A stretch of DNA of 63,977 nt, counting the filler, from Octopus bimaculoides (lineage: Eukaryota): the NCBI RefSeq assembly GCF_001194135.2. It is 8 parts of 7 records of this genome, joined end to end, with 100 filler letters (N's around TTAATTAATTAA, not from the genome) between each part and the next. Parts side by side here need not be neighbours in the genome. Positions count along the whole stretch, not along the records: positions 61,988 to 63,977 come from NW_026306625.1; 7 more parts are not named here. One strand, 5' to 3'. Both the position numbers and the translations under genes were made by a program. Numbering within the stretch: position 1 is the first letter of the stretch; every line of letters begins with the position of its first letter. The notes beneath the pieces were generated by a model, which saw nothing but the letters and a program-made list of their open reading frames with translations, did no database searches and had not been told where the DNA came from. Below are positions 61,988 through 63,977 of this stretch, piece by piece.

Positions 61988-63043
61988 ATTACGTAGGCAG
62001 GAATTAACGAAAGATCGTACGTACGTACGAACGAAGAAATGAATGAACGAACGTACGTACGTATTACATAGGCAGGAAATAACGAAAGAATGAACGTACG
62101 TATGTACGAACAAACGAACGTACGTACGAAAGAACGAACGAACTTACGTACGTAGTTACGTTCGTACGAACGAACGAACATACATGCGTACGTTCGTACG
62201 GAAGTATTATTAAACGATCGTACGTACGAAAGAACGAACGAACTTACGTACATACGTAGTTTCGTTAGTACGAACGAACATACGTGCGTACGTTCGTTCG
62301 TTCGTACAAAACAAACGAACGAACGAACGTACGTAGGAACGACCGAACGTTCGTACGCATGTAAGAAATAACGAAAGAACGTAAGTCAGAACGAACGTAC
62401 GTACGTACGTATTACATAGGCAGGAAATAAAGTACGTACGTACGTACATAGACAGGAAGTCACGATAGAACGTACGAAGGAACGAACGAACGTACATACT
62501 ACGTAGGCAGGAAATAACGAAAGAACGTACGTACATAATAACGAACGTACGAACAAAGGAATGATTGAACGAACGAACGAACGTACGCAGGTAAGAAATA
62601 ACGAAAGAACGTAAGTACGAACGAACGAACGTACGTATGAACGAACAAACGAACGTACGTACGTACGAAAGAACGAACGAACTTACGTACGTACGTAGTT
62701 ACGTTCGTACGAACATACGTGCGTACGTAAGTATTAACGAACGATCAGACGTACGAAAGAACGAACGAACGTTTGATCGTTCGTTTCTTCCTTTGCTCGT
62801 TCATTCGTACGTTCTTTCTTTCGTTCAATCTTACATACGTTCGTTCTTACTTACATATAAGTACGTTCGTTCTTTAATTCGTTCGATCGGTCGTTCGTAC
62901 GTTTGGTCGTTCATTCGTACGTACGTTCTTTCTTTATTTCTTGCCTACATAATACGTACATACGTTCGTTTGTACCTACGTTCTTTCGTTATTTCCTGAC
63001 TACATACGTACGTACGTCCGTTCGTTCGTTATTTCCTGCCTAC
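61988..63043. repeat. CpG-rich (ACGA/ACGT)n complex satellite forming a large inverted repeat
   Basis: There is a recurrent 'taggcaggaaataacgaaag' motif. The orientation flips at 62770/62771, and the right arm ends 'ttcgttatttcctgcctac'. Confidence 0.85.
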
Positions 63044-63500
63044 TGGGATCGATCTAATCTATTAGCCCCCTCCACAGAAATTACGGGCCTTGTGCCCAGA
63101 GAATAAAAGAATATTAAAGGCGGTGAGATGGCAGAATCGTTAGCACGCTGGGCGATGTCTATAGCGGCATTTCGTCTGTCTTTATGATCTGAGTTCAAAT
63201 TCCGCAGAGATCGATAAATTAAGTACCAGTTACGCACTGGGGTCGATGTAACGGACTTAATCCGTGTGTCTGTCCTTGTTTGTCCCCTCTGTGTTTAGCC
63301 CCTTGTATGTAATAGAGAAATATGAAACGTTAGCACGCTGGGCGAAATGTTTAGCGTTATTTCTTGTCTTTACGTTCCGAGTTCAAATTCCGCCGAGGTC
63401 GACTTTGCCTTTCATATTTTCGAGGTTAGTTGCGTACTGGGTTCGATTTAATCTATTGGCCACCCCCACAAAAATTTCGGGCCTTGTGCCTAGATTAGAA
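63040..63500 (+). mobile_element. Cluster of about three SINE family B copies/fragments
   Basis: Repeated 'tactgggg/atcgat..ggccttgtgcc.aga' and 'gttagcacgctgggcga..gagttcaaattccgc'. Confidence 0.8.
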
Positions 63501-63977
63501 AAATTTATTGATCACCTGAAAGTCTTCAGCGTTTGCTATCTCTCGGTTTGCATGTATCCATACACACATAGAACGCAATAGGTGCTGCCTACGAGCCAGA
63601 GGCACAAGTGCCAGTGTCACAGCACTGGTGTCGGCCACGACCACGGCCTCACTTGGCTTAACAGGTTTTCTCAAACACGGAACATCGGCAAAAGTCCACA
63701 CACACACACAAATAAATACATGCACAAAGTCTATCTTTTGAATAGTTTATTGAGAGTAAAGCATATTACATGTTGAACATATGATGCAAAGAGGGCATGA
63801 ATGCCTTTACTACAAGGTTTACAACGGAAACAGACGATAAAAAAAAGAAACAAAGAGAATTTGTGGTGTTCATCCGTTGATGACAAGAAAGAAAAGTTGA
63901 TTAACGCAGCCGCCGTTGCTGCTGCTGTTGTGGTATGTCTAGGTTGAAGAGTGAAAAATGACAAAAAAAAAAAAAAA

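Overview
This is AT-rich, gap-ridden, microsatellite-dense eukaryotic genomic DNA. The repeat landscape (abundant tRNA-derived SINEs, Penelope, RTE and R4/Dong-type retroelements) suggests an octopus or other coleoid cephalopod; this is an inference. Host genes: (1) the last four coding exons of a SEPT2-group septin on the minus strand (58457 down to 55300), one of them partly lost in an N gap; (2) a convergent plus-strand gene for a probably secreted protein with a PAN/apple exon (49903-50136), a Sushi/CCP exon (52966-53136) and a candidate signal-peptide exon (48190-48232); (3) two candidate paralogous exon pairs of an unrecognised small protein on the minus strand (18.4-18.8 kb and 35.6-36.4 kb). 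The rest is mostly transposon debris. The most striking non-gene signal is three different minimal type-I hammerhead ribozyme motifs with palindromic stem III (37107-37152 +, 40357-40396 -, 51496-51560 -). One lies in a tRNA-headed SINE-like element and one in a 521-bp direct-repeat unit. There is also a ~1 kb CpG-rich foldback block (61988-63043) and several long inverted repeats. There is no CRISPR, rRNA or intact tRNA gene. Most long ORFs in the track are artefacts of N gaps and microsatellites.
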